64,000 bases of DNA from Octopus sinensis (Eukaryota): NCBI RefSeq assembly GCF_006345805.1, contig NC_043004.1:94054001-94118000 (forward strand), written 5' to 3'. This document shows, one piece after another, positions 38,828 to 51,102 of the stretch (the first letter of the stretch is position 1; every line of letters starts with the position of its first letter). The notes beneath the pieces were generated by a model, which saw nothing but the letters and a program-made list of their open reading frames with translations, was not told the DNA's origin and ran no database searches. Both the position numbers and the translations under genes were made by a program.

Positions 38828-39615
38828 CCCTTTTGAGACACAAGGTGTTTTGGTGCGTGTGCCCCCAAATACCAAAATATATATTTTTTTCTGTTGAGAT
38901 TGAAATTGATGGGTGCATGTAGAAAACAAAGAATAAAATATACCTAAAACTACTTTATTTGTGTGTAAAACTATATATATATATTATATATATTATTATA
39001 TATACTATATCTACTGAAAGATTATATATATATATATTATATATATATAATATTATATATATATATATTATATATATAATATTATATATATATTATATAT
39101 ACTCAGAAATACTAAATTTCTAATCTCTCGTAGAGACATGTACGGTGGTGGGGCGATAGAATGGTTGTATACTGTCAATCTAACACGAACGTGACAGTAG
39201 GGGGGGTACACCACCGCTGTTTAGCCCTAGGAAGCATCGACGCCTCCTAATGGCTTTGATACATTTCTCCTGTGTCCTTATATACATTTACGAAGGGGAG
39301 ACAAATACCCCCAGCCGCCAGGGATGCATCTAGGGACACGTGTTTCAGGATGATTGTCCTTCGTCGGCCTAGACTAGCAGACACCGGTCAGCTGATGATA
39401 TTTGCTTCGACTTCGTAATGTATATATCTAAATTTCAGTGAAGTCTATTCACTGATTATCAAAATCAGAAATACTAAATTTATACACATTATATATAATA
39501 TATCTACTGAAAGATTATCCCTGATAGGCTATTACACTTCAAAACGGATAGGCCTCAAAGTCCTTTCAGTTTGTATCGATTGGGAGGATCAATGTCCCCG
39601 GGTGTCGCAAGAGGG
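38828..39615. mobile_element. piggyBac-like MITE between the two duplicated exons
   Basis: Ends ttca|cccttttgagacac and gtgtcgcaagaggg|ttaa (CCC...GGG termini, TTAA-like target); internal (TA)n. Confidence 0.55.
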
Positions 39616-39875
39616 TTAATATCTTAAAACAATTTTTATATATAAGTTGTCACAGTAGACAAGGAAGTGATAGAAATAGCAGAGCACAGGACTAAATATA
39701 TAAGTTCTTCGTTATGGTTTAAAATCTTGCTGATGTCTTGATGTTTCATCATGCAGATAATGTATTAGCAAAAGTTCTCATTGGTACTTTCTTCTGAGCT
39801 AGTACACCTATGAGACAAGACACCCACCCATAATTTTGTTTTAGTTTATCTAGAACTTTTAGTGATTTCACATAG

Positions 39876-40040
39876 ATATTAATGTTATTAGTAGCATGTC
39901 GAATAGTATCGTTGAGGCTGCCTCATTCACACGTGCAGTAATTGCCTCAATGATTCGTATGAAAGCTCCTGCCTCAAAAGAAGGTATGTGCTTTGTTCCG
40001 TGTTATAATCAAGGAACAGAGAACACGTGTGACCCAGTTG
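39876..40040 (+). CDS. Internal coding exon, copy 2 (phase 1-1, 165 nt): INVISSMSNSIVEAASFTRAVIASMIRMKAPASKEGMCFVPCYNQGTENTCDPV; gene unidentified
   Basis: Acceptor tttcacatag|, donor G|GTAAGT, open frame. About 83% nt identity to copy 1 over 147 nt (hand count), with an in-frame 6-nt length difference. Confidence 0.6.
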
Positions 40041-40654
40041 GTAAGTTACTAGATAATAGTGACCTGTGTAGCTCTAACTATATTTTCTAAAATGCGTTAC
40101 TATACAGACTGCAGGGTGTGATTTGTGATAAGTTTTGCTGCTATTTCTATATTTCATTTAATTTATCTCAGGGCTAAAGTAAGCATCAGTCTGGTAATAT
40201 AGTTAATTCATTGAACATTTTTGAAAGTCCAGTGCCTGCAGTAGAACTGATGGGGGCTGATGGGAGAAAGGGAGTAAGTTATCCCCAGACAGGAGACATG
40301 GATCAAATGCTAGCAATAGGGTAACCTCCACTGAAGACAGTCTAAGACGACGGATATATGGAAGCACCCAGGATAGTTATTGTCGACAGCTTTCGCACAA
40401 TTTCATTTTATTAAACCTCATAGAAGATACTTGCCCACGGTACCCGACAGCAGTATGAAACCTGGAACTGTGTGTTTGCACTGTGAAATTTTTACCCACA
40501 TAAAGATATTTTCTACAAATGTATGTCAATTTGTAAAATCAATAAAGCCGTCCCAACATAGCAATTTTACATGTTTTGTATGTTGGCTGCGTAGGGGAAG
40601 AATAATATAAATTGCTCGTATACATTTTAATTTTTGCGTGAATACTGGCTCTCC

Positions 40655-40962
40655 AGCGGTTACGACGACGAGTGTTCCAGCTGATCCTATTGACGGAACA
40701 GCCTACTGGTGAGATTAACGTGTTAGTGGCTAAGCACTCTACAGACACGCGTACTCTTAACATAGTTCTCAGGGAAATTCCGTGTGGTACAGAAAGTGAC
40801 AAAGCTGGTCATTTTGAATTACAAGTATTACTCGTTTTGCCGCTAGAGTGAACCGGAGCAATATGAAATGAAATGTCTTGCTCAAGGCCACAACACGCCG
40901 CCGGAAATCGAACTCACGACCTGAGGTAAACACTATAACCACTAAGCCACGCACCTTCACTT
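40655..40962 (-). mobile_element. SINE family D, full length, diverged
   Basis: Head aagtgaaggtgcgtggcttagtgg...gagttcgatttcc, D core, and a tail shared with family C. Confidence 0.8.
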
Positions 40963-41224
40963 GCGTGAATACAATATATGGATTGCAAGTGAGGTTTGTC
41001 AACTATTTCAAAACGTATAGCAGCTTGGTACTCTAAATGACATCAACATTTCCATTCTTTGAGCCATTCCACATCGACCCCAAATTATGAAATCCAACGC
41101 TGATTTCTATGGGATTTAAATTCAGAGCACAGAGAGCTTTAAAAAGTATCATGAGGAATTTTTTCTGATATAAGGACGCTGTCGATTCGCTGCCAACATA
41201 CACAGACATTAAAAAAGGACAAAA

Positions 41225-41627
41225 ACTAGAAAAGCACTCGGAGAGCGCATACCTCCTCCAAGCAGCTCATTTGAAGGTAGATACGTGTGTAAAATTACTA
41301 ATAGAGAAACGAAAATAAATTTTGGAAACAGCAACGCCACCATAGGTTACGTGGAAACGATGAACGTGTTTTCAAGGGAGATAATCAAAGAACGTAACAT
41401 TGTAATACTTCATGTAAAGTAAATATAACAAATGAAAAATCCTTCAAGAATCCATAAAAATTCCTGGATCACTACCAAAATTTCATCATCTGTTCCTTGT
41501 ATCATTACCAACTTTTTCTGCAAATTTCATCAAATACTGTTCACAACTTTTTGAGTTATTTCGCACAAAGACGGGCAGACGGACAAACCAAAGCCGATGA
41601 AAACAACCGCCTTCCTTGGAAGAAGTA
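41225..41627 (+). mobile_element. Diverged relative of the same Helentron-like family
   Basis: Shares the gcactcggagagcgcatacctcc start and the aaatttcatcaaa...gaaaacaacc...cttggaagaagta end. Confidence 0.45.
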
Positions 41628-42360
41628 ATAATGTTTTTTTTTTAAATTACGCACAAGAATATGAAAATGGGATGAAAAGTTCATAGTTTGACTATGAAGG
41701 AGTGATGCGAAAGCGGTGGAATCTTGCATGCATTAATTTCAACACTTAATAATAACTGCATTCTTTCTTCCCAGGTAAATTGACACCTGACTGCTCCCCC
41801 CCCCAAAAAAGGTGTAAAAAATAACTAGTAGCGACTTCTCTTGAAAATGAACAAAATTCAGCTTCGTGGTGTTATCAAGTACCTGTATAAAAAAGGTTGC
41901 CTTCCATGAAAGTATCTTGGTCAGCCTATGAACTTTTTCAGCCGATCCTCGTACAGTTATCCCTTTAATATTTCACTTAATTGTCAAGCTATGAATTAGG
42001 GAGGGCAATGTCGATCACAGAACACAAAGGGACATAACCAGATGCCCTAAGATATTAAATCCTTTACCCTGTAGTTTCTGCCAATTCACTGTTTGCCCTT
42101 GGATAAATAATGGTTTCTGATTCAGGCACAAGGCCTGAAATTTTGAAGGGGAGAGTGGTTAGTCGATACTATTTATCCAAGTACTTGACTGGTATTCCAT
42201 TTAATTGTCCCCTGAGGGGTCAAAAGCAAAGTTGACCTCAGCAATAATAATTTTGCCACCATAAAGTTGATAATAATAAAGAAATATAATTAATTGCCAT
42301 AAGGCGTTTGACCGCCGCTCTATTGATTCTACCAATCCAACGTCTTAGGGCTAATAAGAG

Positions 42361-42751
42361 ATATATAAAAGTCAAGTTGTGTGTCTGTCTCCTACGATTT
42401 AGATTCCTAACTACTCCCACATTTTGCGGTGCAGTTTAACCAAAACCGGGTATCTTATAGTCGTGATTCATATCAAGCCCTTCTGGGTATTAGCGCGCGT
42501 CTACGATGAGTCTACGATTTAAAAAAAAATTGCCATCATTTTTTTCCATTTTAATGCATTTTTTCGCTATTATATAAGGGAAGTAACTCTCTAAAAATGT
42601 CTACGATGAGTCAACGATTTAAAAAAAAATTTACCATAATTTTTTTTCCATTTTTTAAGCATTTTTTGCTATTTTTTGGCTATAACTCTCTAAAAATGCT
42701 TATATAGTTATTTCCCTTACAAACCCGAGCAACGCCGGGCGATACTGCTTG
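42361..42751 (+). mobile_element. Non-autonomous Helitron-like element
   Basis: 5' atatataaaagtcaagttgtgtgtctgtc; 3' hairpin cccgagcaacgccggg (42724-42739) followed by CTTG, a CTAG variant; internal tandem duplication of about 100 bp (42499-42697). Confidence 0.65.
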
Positions 42752-43465
42752 TAAGAGATATACAAATTTCGGCAAGGCTGTTTGACCAGCTCTTTACTCG
42801 TCCAGCCGCTTCACTATGACGTCATTCTCTGAGGTCAACGGATTTACTTTGTGACATTGAAATTGCATTTCCTCTTCTCTGGGTCATGTAGTTTCTATTA
42901 AACTATTTACTTAAATTGGAGGAGTGTCTTGAAATCACCGCTTACTTTGATATTGCTATCAAATTTATCACATCCGAGTCCTAATTTTAACAATAATGAT
43001 GTTTTCACAATTATAACGAAGAGTTTACAGAGAAAACAACTGATTTACGTGACTTACTGATGCATCTTTTGAGTGACTGGTTGACATTGCGATTAATTGA
43101 TTGACTTTGGTGAGTGAGTGGGTAAGTGATGAATAGAGATTGCCCAAATAGGCCCGAGATTACAGCATATTTGTACAACAACGTTTGGACGACTCAAACT
43201 ATTTCAACTGTATGACTCAGTCATGGGAAAACTGCAGTCCACAGGATTTTCTAAAAGACGCGCCTAACGTAATTTACCTTGAATATTTTTAGAAGTTCAG
43301 CCTATCTAATCATGATGCATGTCCTAGGCAAACCGTTTTTCGAAAAATGTTGCCCATCCCGGTTATAAATAGTATTAAATCTTATAGTGTAATCAACAAA
43401 TAACTGGTACTTGTTTTACAGGTCTTAGATTTGGTGAATTAAGGCTACATTGAAATTAATAAAGA

Positions 43466-43802
43466 ACAAGAGAACTCAGAGAGCGCAAACTTCCACCAAG
43501 GCAACATCAACGTCTTCTCAATGATTAGCCAGAGATGATTTTTAAAATGAGAATATCTGAAATAAACTCGACTGCTCTTACAAACGAGAATACTAAAAAT
43601 GAACCCGACCGCTCTCAAAAATTAAATAAAAAACAGGAAAAATAATCGATCCCAAAATCTAATCAGTTCGTGCCAGACACGAGGCCAAACATCCCTGAAA
43701 GTTTCATCTGAATCCATCCAGGGGTTCTTGAGATATCAAGTCCATGGACAAACAAACAAACAAACACCACTGAAAACAATACCTTCGCGAAGGCGGAGGC
43801 AA
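43466..43802 (+). mobile_element. Helentron/DINE-1-like non-autonomous element
   Basis: 5' cttccaccaagg and 3' accttcgcgaaggcggagg hairpin/sub-TIR, with an (AAAC)n tract. Same family as 41225-41627 and 59273-59651. Confidence 0.5.
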
Positions 43803-44389
43803 TAATGACGACGATAACAACAGCAGCAAAAACATTAACAACAACTACTACTATTACTGTTGCTATTGCTGCTATTGCTATTACTATTACAACCATTACT
43901 ACTACAATGAATACGTATAGAACCCGAAACCATGTTCAGGTGTGACTGTGAAGTTAACAAGTTTGCTTCCCTATCTGTAGTCTTGGGTCCCGTGCCACTG
44001 CGCGGCACCTTGAGCAAATGTCTTCTACTATAACCCCAGGCCAGCTTAGGTCTTGTGAGTGGATTTAGTACACGGATATTGAAAGAAGCTTGTCGTACAT
44101 GTGTGTATGTATATATGCATGTATGCATGCATGTATATATGCATGTATGCATGCATGTATATATGCATGTATCTATTTATCTATCTATCTATCAATTTAT
44201 ATATATCAGTTCATCCCATAAGTAATGTTCGGACTTTTATATTTTCAATTTATAAACGCTTTAACAATATTTTAGAATATCTAATGGCATGAAGTAATAT
44301 TTATATGTATTTAGACATATTTAAACAAATTAAACTTCATTTTGCATTATGATATAATTGAAATTTCTCTAATGTATAACTCTTCAAAC

Positions 44390-45407
44390 AGGGAAGTGTT
44401 TAAGGAGCATTTGCGGCACATAATACTTTATGAATTTAAAAAAGGGAACTCTGCAGCTGAAGAGACTCGAATATTCACTCAGCTTATGGAGAAAAGTACA
44501 TGAATGAAAGAACTTGCAGAAGATGGTTGGTAAAATTCAGAAGTGAAGATTTTAACGATGAGGCCTGAACAGGACGACCAATTGAGTTTGAGGACAAGCT
44601 CCTTTTGGCAAAACTTGAAAAATATCATGCATTTTCAGTTGAGGAATTGATAAGCAAGCTTCGTTCAAGCCATACAGATGTTCACTGCCATCTTCAACAG
44701 CTTGGAAAGTCCCAAAACTCAGGAAATGGATGCTTCATGAATTGTTTGACGCCTACTGCAAATCTCGAGTGGACATCAGCTCTTCTTTTCCTTCTCGTGA
44801 ACTCCTCTCGTTCTTTTTGGACAGATTGGTTACCGGCGATGACAAATGGTTCTTATATCAAAATGTTGAGCGTTGTAGACATTGGCTTGGTGAAGGGGAA
44901 AAGGCCCAACCTCAACCGAAAAGAGAACTCCATGAGAGAAAGGTTCTTCTCTTTTTTTTGGAGGAAGATTTCTAAGGAGCCATCTATTTTTACATGCTAC
45001 CAGCTAATGCAACAATTAATGCTCAAATCTACTGTCAGCAATTAGAGCATTTGAACGCTGCTTTGAAGAAGAGGAAAAAAGTGATTAGAAAGGAAGTGGT
45101 ATTTCATTAGGACAGTGCAAAAACCCACACTGCAAAGATCACGTCACAGAAGATCAAGGAACTTGGCTGGGAGAAAATTGCTCATCCGCTTTATTCCCCA
45201 GACCTAGCTCCTTCAGATTACCATTTGTTCAGTAGTTTACAGAATCATTTGGCTGAGTTAACTCTTGGAACAACTGAGGAAGTCGAAACTGACCTTTCAG
45301 AGTTCTTCGCTTCGACACCTGTAGAGGTTTTCACTAATGAAATTAAAAAGGTTATCAGTAGATGGAAAGATGTCTTAGATAATCATGGAAACTGTATTGA
45401 TGATTAA
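44390..45407 (+). pseudogene. Mariner (DD34D) transposase pseudogene
   Basis: Fragments KEHLRHIILYEFKKGNSAAE...RTCRRWLVKFRS, LVTGDDKWFLYQN, VVFH*DSAKTH and HPLYSPDLAPSDYHLF, with 34 residues between the 2nd and 3rd D. It carries stops and frameshifts, and the start codon reads AGG. A TIR-like end lies at 45456-45484 next to TA. Confidence 0.92.
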
Positions 45408-45490
45408 GTTTCATTAAAATGTAAGATTTGATCACTTGTTTTCCTTATTTAAGATCCGGATATTACTCATATGATAACCTGATATATATT

Positions 45491-45521
<31 letters not shown>

Positions 45522-46096
45522 GGAGGTGGAATATGAATGTATGTAGGCGTAGAGTTGCGTGAGGGCAGAGTGTATGTCATTCTGTTTGCGTTTGTCCCCG
45601 CAACAACCGTCTGACAACCGGTGTTGCTTTGTTTACCTCCCCGTAAAAACACTTTAAAGATGAGGACCGGGACAGATTTCAACTAAACTTTACAACGTGG
45701 TGCCCCGGTATGACCTTAGTCCGATAACTGAAATAAGTAAAACACAAAAGGCAAAATAACCCTAGCCAAAAATTCGTGCGCTGCATGAACTCGGAGACTA
45801 TGAAGTAGAAACGCAGCATTGGTCCTGTCAACACGTACGTGTAAGACACGGCAAAGTTTATCTTTTATTTTCTTTCTCTCTCTGCTAATATTTTCACATG
45901 GAATTTGTCACGTATATACAATTTGTAATATGTATTTAATAGGTTTGTAATCTGGCTTCAGAGTGGCAAGTGGAATGTCAAGTACCGAAGATTACAGGTA
46001 ATAACATTTAGATACATTTGTTGTCAGTAGATATGTGTATGTGTTTATATAAACACACACACACGCACATATGTACGTATGTATGTATATATTATG

Positions 46097-46137
<41 letters not shown>

Positions 46138-46142
46138 AACAT

Positions 46143-46253
<111 letters not shown>

Positions 46254-46271
46254 CACATATATATATATATA

Positions 46272-46440
46272 GTTGAAAGTTACAGAAAAACAAAACACGA
46301 AGACAAGTGTATGAACAACAAGGGGAATGACGCTTGGGGAAGTGAGAAAGTCTCTTACGTTTCGAGCCTACGCTCTTCAACAGAAAGAAACACGATGAAA
46401 TAAATAGAGAGAGAATAAAATAACTTGTAGATTTAGCGAT
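46272..46440 (-). mobile_element. Penelope-like terminal-repeat remnant with a minimal hammerhead-like motif
   Basis: Minus strand CTGTTGAAGAGCGTAGGCTCGAAACGTA at 46356-46383; abuts a (TA)n array. Confidence 0.5.
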
Positions 46441-47130
46441 ACTCATGGCAACTGGTTAGGAAAAATAGTTTGACATGAGGGCCAGAAAGAAGGGGAGATA
46501 ATAAAGTACTTGTGAAGCCAAAATGAAGGTGCGCGTACATGTGTGTATGTATGTACATATATATATATATATGTAGATACACACACACACGCATACACCC
46601 CCACACCCACACGTGTGTATGTATGTGTGTATAGATGACCCGGTATCTATATGTATATATATTTCTAGCTGTGAGTGAATGTGTGTGTGCATGTCTTGGC
46701 GTCATCAAACAATGGATTTCAGCCGTATAAATTACGACCCACAACTCTCACACCTCTACATTCATCACCAAATGTTTTCAAGGGAAATACTTCAGGCATT
46801 GTGCACAGAACAAATATAACAAAATATATTTAAGCCACTGGGAAACTTTTAAGGTTTGAATCTCTTGAGACTGCAACCCAGGAAGGAAAAAAGTAGAAAA
46901 GCTGGATATTTGATGTGTGTGCGCGGACATGTGCGTGTGTTATTTTATGTCGAACGAATGAGAACGGAGTACTCAATACATGTAGAAAAGAGGAGTTTTC
47001 CATTGAAACTGAAGATCAGAGTGTGTCACACGATTCGAGTTTCAAGATAGCGCTATCTTCAGACGAAACTCAGTTGCAATAAAAAAGAAAATCTATATGT
47101 ACACATGTGTGTGTAAGTGCTTGTGCGTGT

Positions 47131-47322
<192 letters not shown>

Positions 47323-47526
47323 TAATTGCATACATGCATAACATATGTGGACGATAGAGCTGAGAGAAATGTCCTGAGAAATATTCTGCATGTTAGATAC
47401 TCGCACGCTAATGTCCCACATACGAAATAGGATGAATTGAAAATCTTCATTTACCTGATATCTTTGCAATTGACAGATAAGCGTTCCTTCTATGGTTTTT
47501 AAGATTTGAAAACCGCAAACAAGACT

Positions 47527-47595
47527 CACACACACACGTTAAATAGACCCCATTGCGCACTGGGGGACGATGTTGACTAACTGCATCCCATCAAT
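47527..47595. mobile_element. 69-bp insertion, (CA)n plus a SINE-B-like fragment, with a 17-bp TSD
   Basis: aaaccgcaaacaagact occurs exactly at 47510-47526 and 47596-47612. Confidence 0.6.
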
Positions 47596-47729
47596 AAACC
47601 GCAAACAAGACTGATAACTCAAATATGTTAATCTGGATTTGGGGGAAATATCGAAAATGCACCTGATATTTTAAAGCCAATCAGCCAAAATATTGGACGT
47701 TTTGATCTTATAAGGCCTTTTCAAAGATA

Positions 47730-48628
47730 TACGTGATGTGATCAATCAGTAACCGGGCAGTTGCTACAACGAATCAAAAACACGGAGAGTATAGCCGCTT
47801 GGCACAGATTGACCTGGAGCTCTGCTGTTGCATGCCACTAAGTTTGAAAGTTCTTGTTCACATCCACTGTTTACAGCAGTATTTGGAATGAAGGAGTGTA
47901 GCGTACGATCGTCGCACTGATGATGACAGATAAAGTTGAACAGAGAATCTGTATCAAATTTTGCCAAAAGCTTGGCGATACCTGCTCAGAGGCGTACGTA
48001 AAGTTTTCAAAAAGTTTTCATTGTTCTCGACACTATCAAAGAGATCTTTTGCTACTAAAACCCGAGTGTCCTTTCGGTCATCTGAATGTAGTTTTGGCAC
48101 AAACTTGGCAGACACGCGTCTCATACCCATATCTTCAGTGATAATGGACTGGACTGAACTGAACCGTAACCAATCTGCACATCCTCTGATAACTCACGGA
48201 TGGTGATTCGACGATTTCCCCTCAGAGCTGTACACACATCTGCAATGTTTTTCTCAGTCCTGCTGGTTGCAGGTCTCCCTGACCGTTCGCCAATCTCGAC
48301 ATTTTTTTCTGCCGTCTTGGAAACATCTGAACCATTCGTACACTTGTGTACGACTCATACACTCCTCTCCATACACTTTCCGTAACTTTGCACAGGTCTC
48401 TGAGCAGGTATCGCCATAACCTACTCTGTCATGATCAATGTGACGATCACATGCTACATACCTTCCTTCCAAGCACTACTGTAAACAGCGGAAGTAAGCT
48501 TGAACGTTAAAACTTAGTGCACATGCACAGCAAAGTTCAAGGTCAATCTGTGCCAAGCAACTTCATTCTGAGTACTTCAGCTTCGTTACTATAGGAACAG
48601 TCCGGATACTTATTGATCAGACCTCGTA
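47730..48628. mobile_element. Foldback mariner derivative made of two inverted left ends
   Basis: TIRs tacgtgatgtgatcaatcagtaaccggg and (reverse complement) tacgaggtctgatcaataagtatccgga match at 22/28. Both arms continue through the 5' UTR into the transposase N-terminus: MTDKVEQRICIKFCQKLGDTCSE on plus; GDTCSETCAKLRKVYGEECMSRTQVYEWFRCF...RRVSAKFVPKL on minus. Confidence 0.85.
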
Positions 48629-49077
48629 CATACAGATAATTAAATTGTTTATGACGAAAACTTAAGCCATGGAATTAAGTGCTATGCTTATTTCTTTTCA
48701 TTTGTCTAGCTCGTAAACATCTAGCGTCTTGCTAATTTGAGAACACATTTTTCGTGGTAGGATGGTTTGACGTCTATCTTTAGCAAACAAGGAATCCACT
48801 TAGTGGTCTCTCTCCATTTATTTTTTTTCAATTACACACACACACATATGTATATGTATGTATATGCATGTATGGATGGATGGATGTATGTGTGAGTATA
48901 TGTATGTATGTATGCACATATGTATGTAAACTCATGCATATGTATGTGTATGATTGCGTTTGCACATGCGCTCTCTCACACACTCATTAATTTGACCCCA
49001 TTTGAGCACTGGGGCTGATGTTGCTGACTAACTCCACCCCATCAAATTTCAGGCCTTGTGACTATAGTAGAAAGGAT

Positions 49078-49106
49078 CATTATTACTATTATTATTATTA
49101 CTATTA

Positions 49107-49160
<54 letters not shown>

Positions 49161-49222
49161 ATTATTATTATATTATTATTATTATTATTATTATTATATT
49201 ATTATATTATACTATTATTATC

Positions 49223-49256
<34 letters not shown>

Positions 49257-49349
49257 CTATTATTATCATTATTATTATATTATTATATTATTATTATTAT
49301 TATTACTATTCATTATTATTATTATATTATTATATTATTATTATATTAC

Positions 49350-49385
<36 letters not shown>

Positions 49386-49482
49386 TATATTATTATATAT
49401 TATTATTATTATATTATTATTATTATCATTATTATTACTATTATTATCATATTTTATTATTACTATTATTATTTTTATTGTT

Positions 49483-49524
<42 letters not shown>

Positions 49525-49780
49525 CAAGCGGCAAGCTACCTGAAACTTTACTTGTTTTGCATCCCTCTTTGCATCTAAATGTTTAAATCGCTGGAGGGAA
49601 AAAGTTAAAATTTTGACTGCTTGTTGTTGTTGTTGTTGGTGCTGTTGTTGTTATCATTGCTGCTGCTATTATTGTTTTTGTTGTTGTTGTTGCTATTGCT
49701 ATTGCTGCTGCTGTTGTTGTTGTTGTTGTTGTTGCTGTTGCTTTTTGTTTTTGTTGTTAGCGGTGATGCTGCTGCTGCTG
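49078..49780. repeat. (ATT)n, (GTT)n and (GCT)n arrays
   Basis: Direct reading. Confidence 0.95.
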
Positions 49781-50171
49781 CAAGGATGTTTACAAGGAAG
49801 AATTTCCAACTCCCCCGGAGATAACTAAGTGTCGATTCGGAAACAGTGAAGTGTAAGTGCGTATAAATGTTTGTTTGTGTGTATATGTGTGTAGTTACTC
49901 TTGTAAGTGTCTCACTCTATCTGTGTGTGTGTATCTTTTCTTCTCTCTGTCTCTGATTCTCTATCACTCTTTCTTTCTTTCTCTCTCTTTCCCCCCTATC
50001 AGTATGTACGTCACGTACGCTTAGACGAACGAACGGTTATCGGACAACAATACCCAATGGCAATACCTGTCACTATCACGCTACAAACACAACCACAATA
50101 TTACACACGTACATGCTCCCCTCTCTCTCTCTTTGTCTCTCTCTCTCTGCCGATCTATCTTTCGCGTGCGG

Positions 50172-50212
<41 letters not shown>

Positions 50213-50250
50213 TTATCTATCTGTCGCGCGCGGTCTGTCTCTCCCCTGAA

Positions 50251-50294
<44 letters not shown>

Positions 50295-50549
50295 CTGTCT
50301 GTCTGTCTGTCTGTCTACCCTTCGCTCCCTCTCAAACACACACACACACACGCATGCACGCGCGCACACACACACTCACACACTTCTACACATACACATG
50401 GTACATACATTCGATTTGCGGTTTTATGATGGGCAAAACACTATGTGATGCAAATCCTGGAAAGGATATCCTGAAAGATAGAAAAATTTTATAAGTTACA
50501 TCGATGCAAAGGGTATACTCACAACACGAATGAATAGCGTAGGAATGTT

Positions 50550-50595
<46 letters not shown>

Positions 50596-51102
50596 TAGTA
50601 ATAGTAATAATAAGAAGAAGGAGGGAAGAGGAGGAGGAGGAGAAAGAGAAGAAGAAGAAGAAGAAGAAGGAGGAGGAGGAGGAGGAGATAAGAAAGAAGA
50701 AGAAGGAGAAGGAGAGAAGAAGAAGGTGTAGGAGGAGAAAAGAAGAAGAAGAAGGTGGAGGAGGAGAAGAAGAAGAGAAGGTGGAGGAGGAGGAGAAGAA
50801 AGAAAAGGAAGAAGAAGAGAAGGTGGAGGAGAGAAGAAGAAGGTGGAGGAGGAGGAGAAGAAAAGAAGAAGTGGAGGAGGAGAAGAAGAAGAAGTGGAAG
50901 GAGTGAGGAGAAGAAGAAGAAGAAGAAGAAGGAGAGAGGGAAAGAAGAAGAAGAGAAGAAGAAGAAGAAGAAGAAGAAGAAGAAGGAAGGAGAGGAGGGG
51001 GAGGAGGAATAAGAAGAAGAGGGGAAGGGGGGAGAAAGGAGAGAAGAAGAAGAAGAAGAAGAAGAAGAAAGAAGAGAAGAAGAAGAAGAAGAAGAAGAAG
51101 AA
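50550..51102. repeat. (AAT)n followed by an about 490-bp (GAA/GGA)n purine tract
   Basis: Direct reading. Confidence 0.95.
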
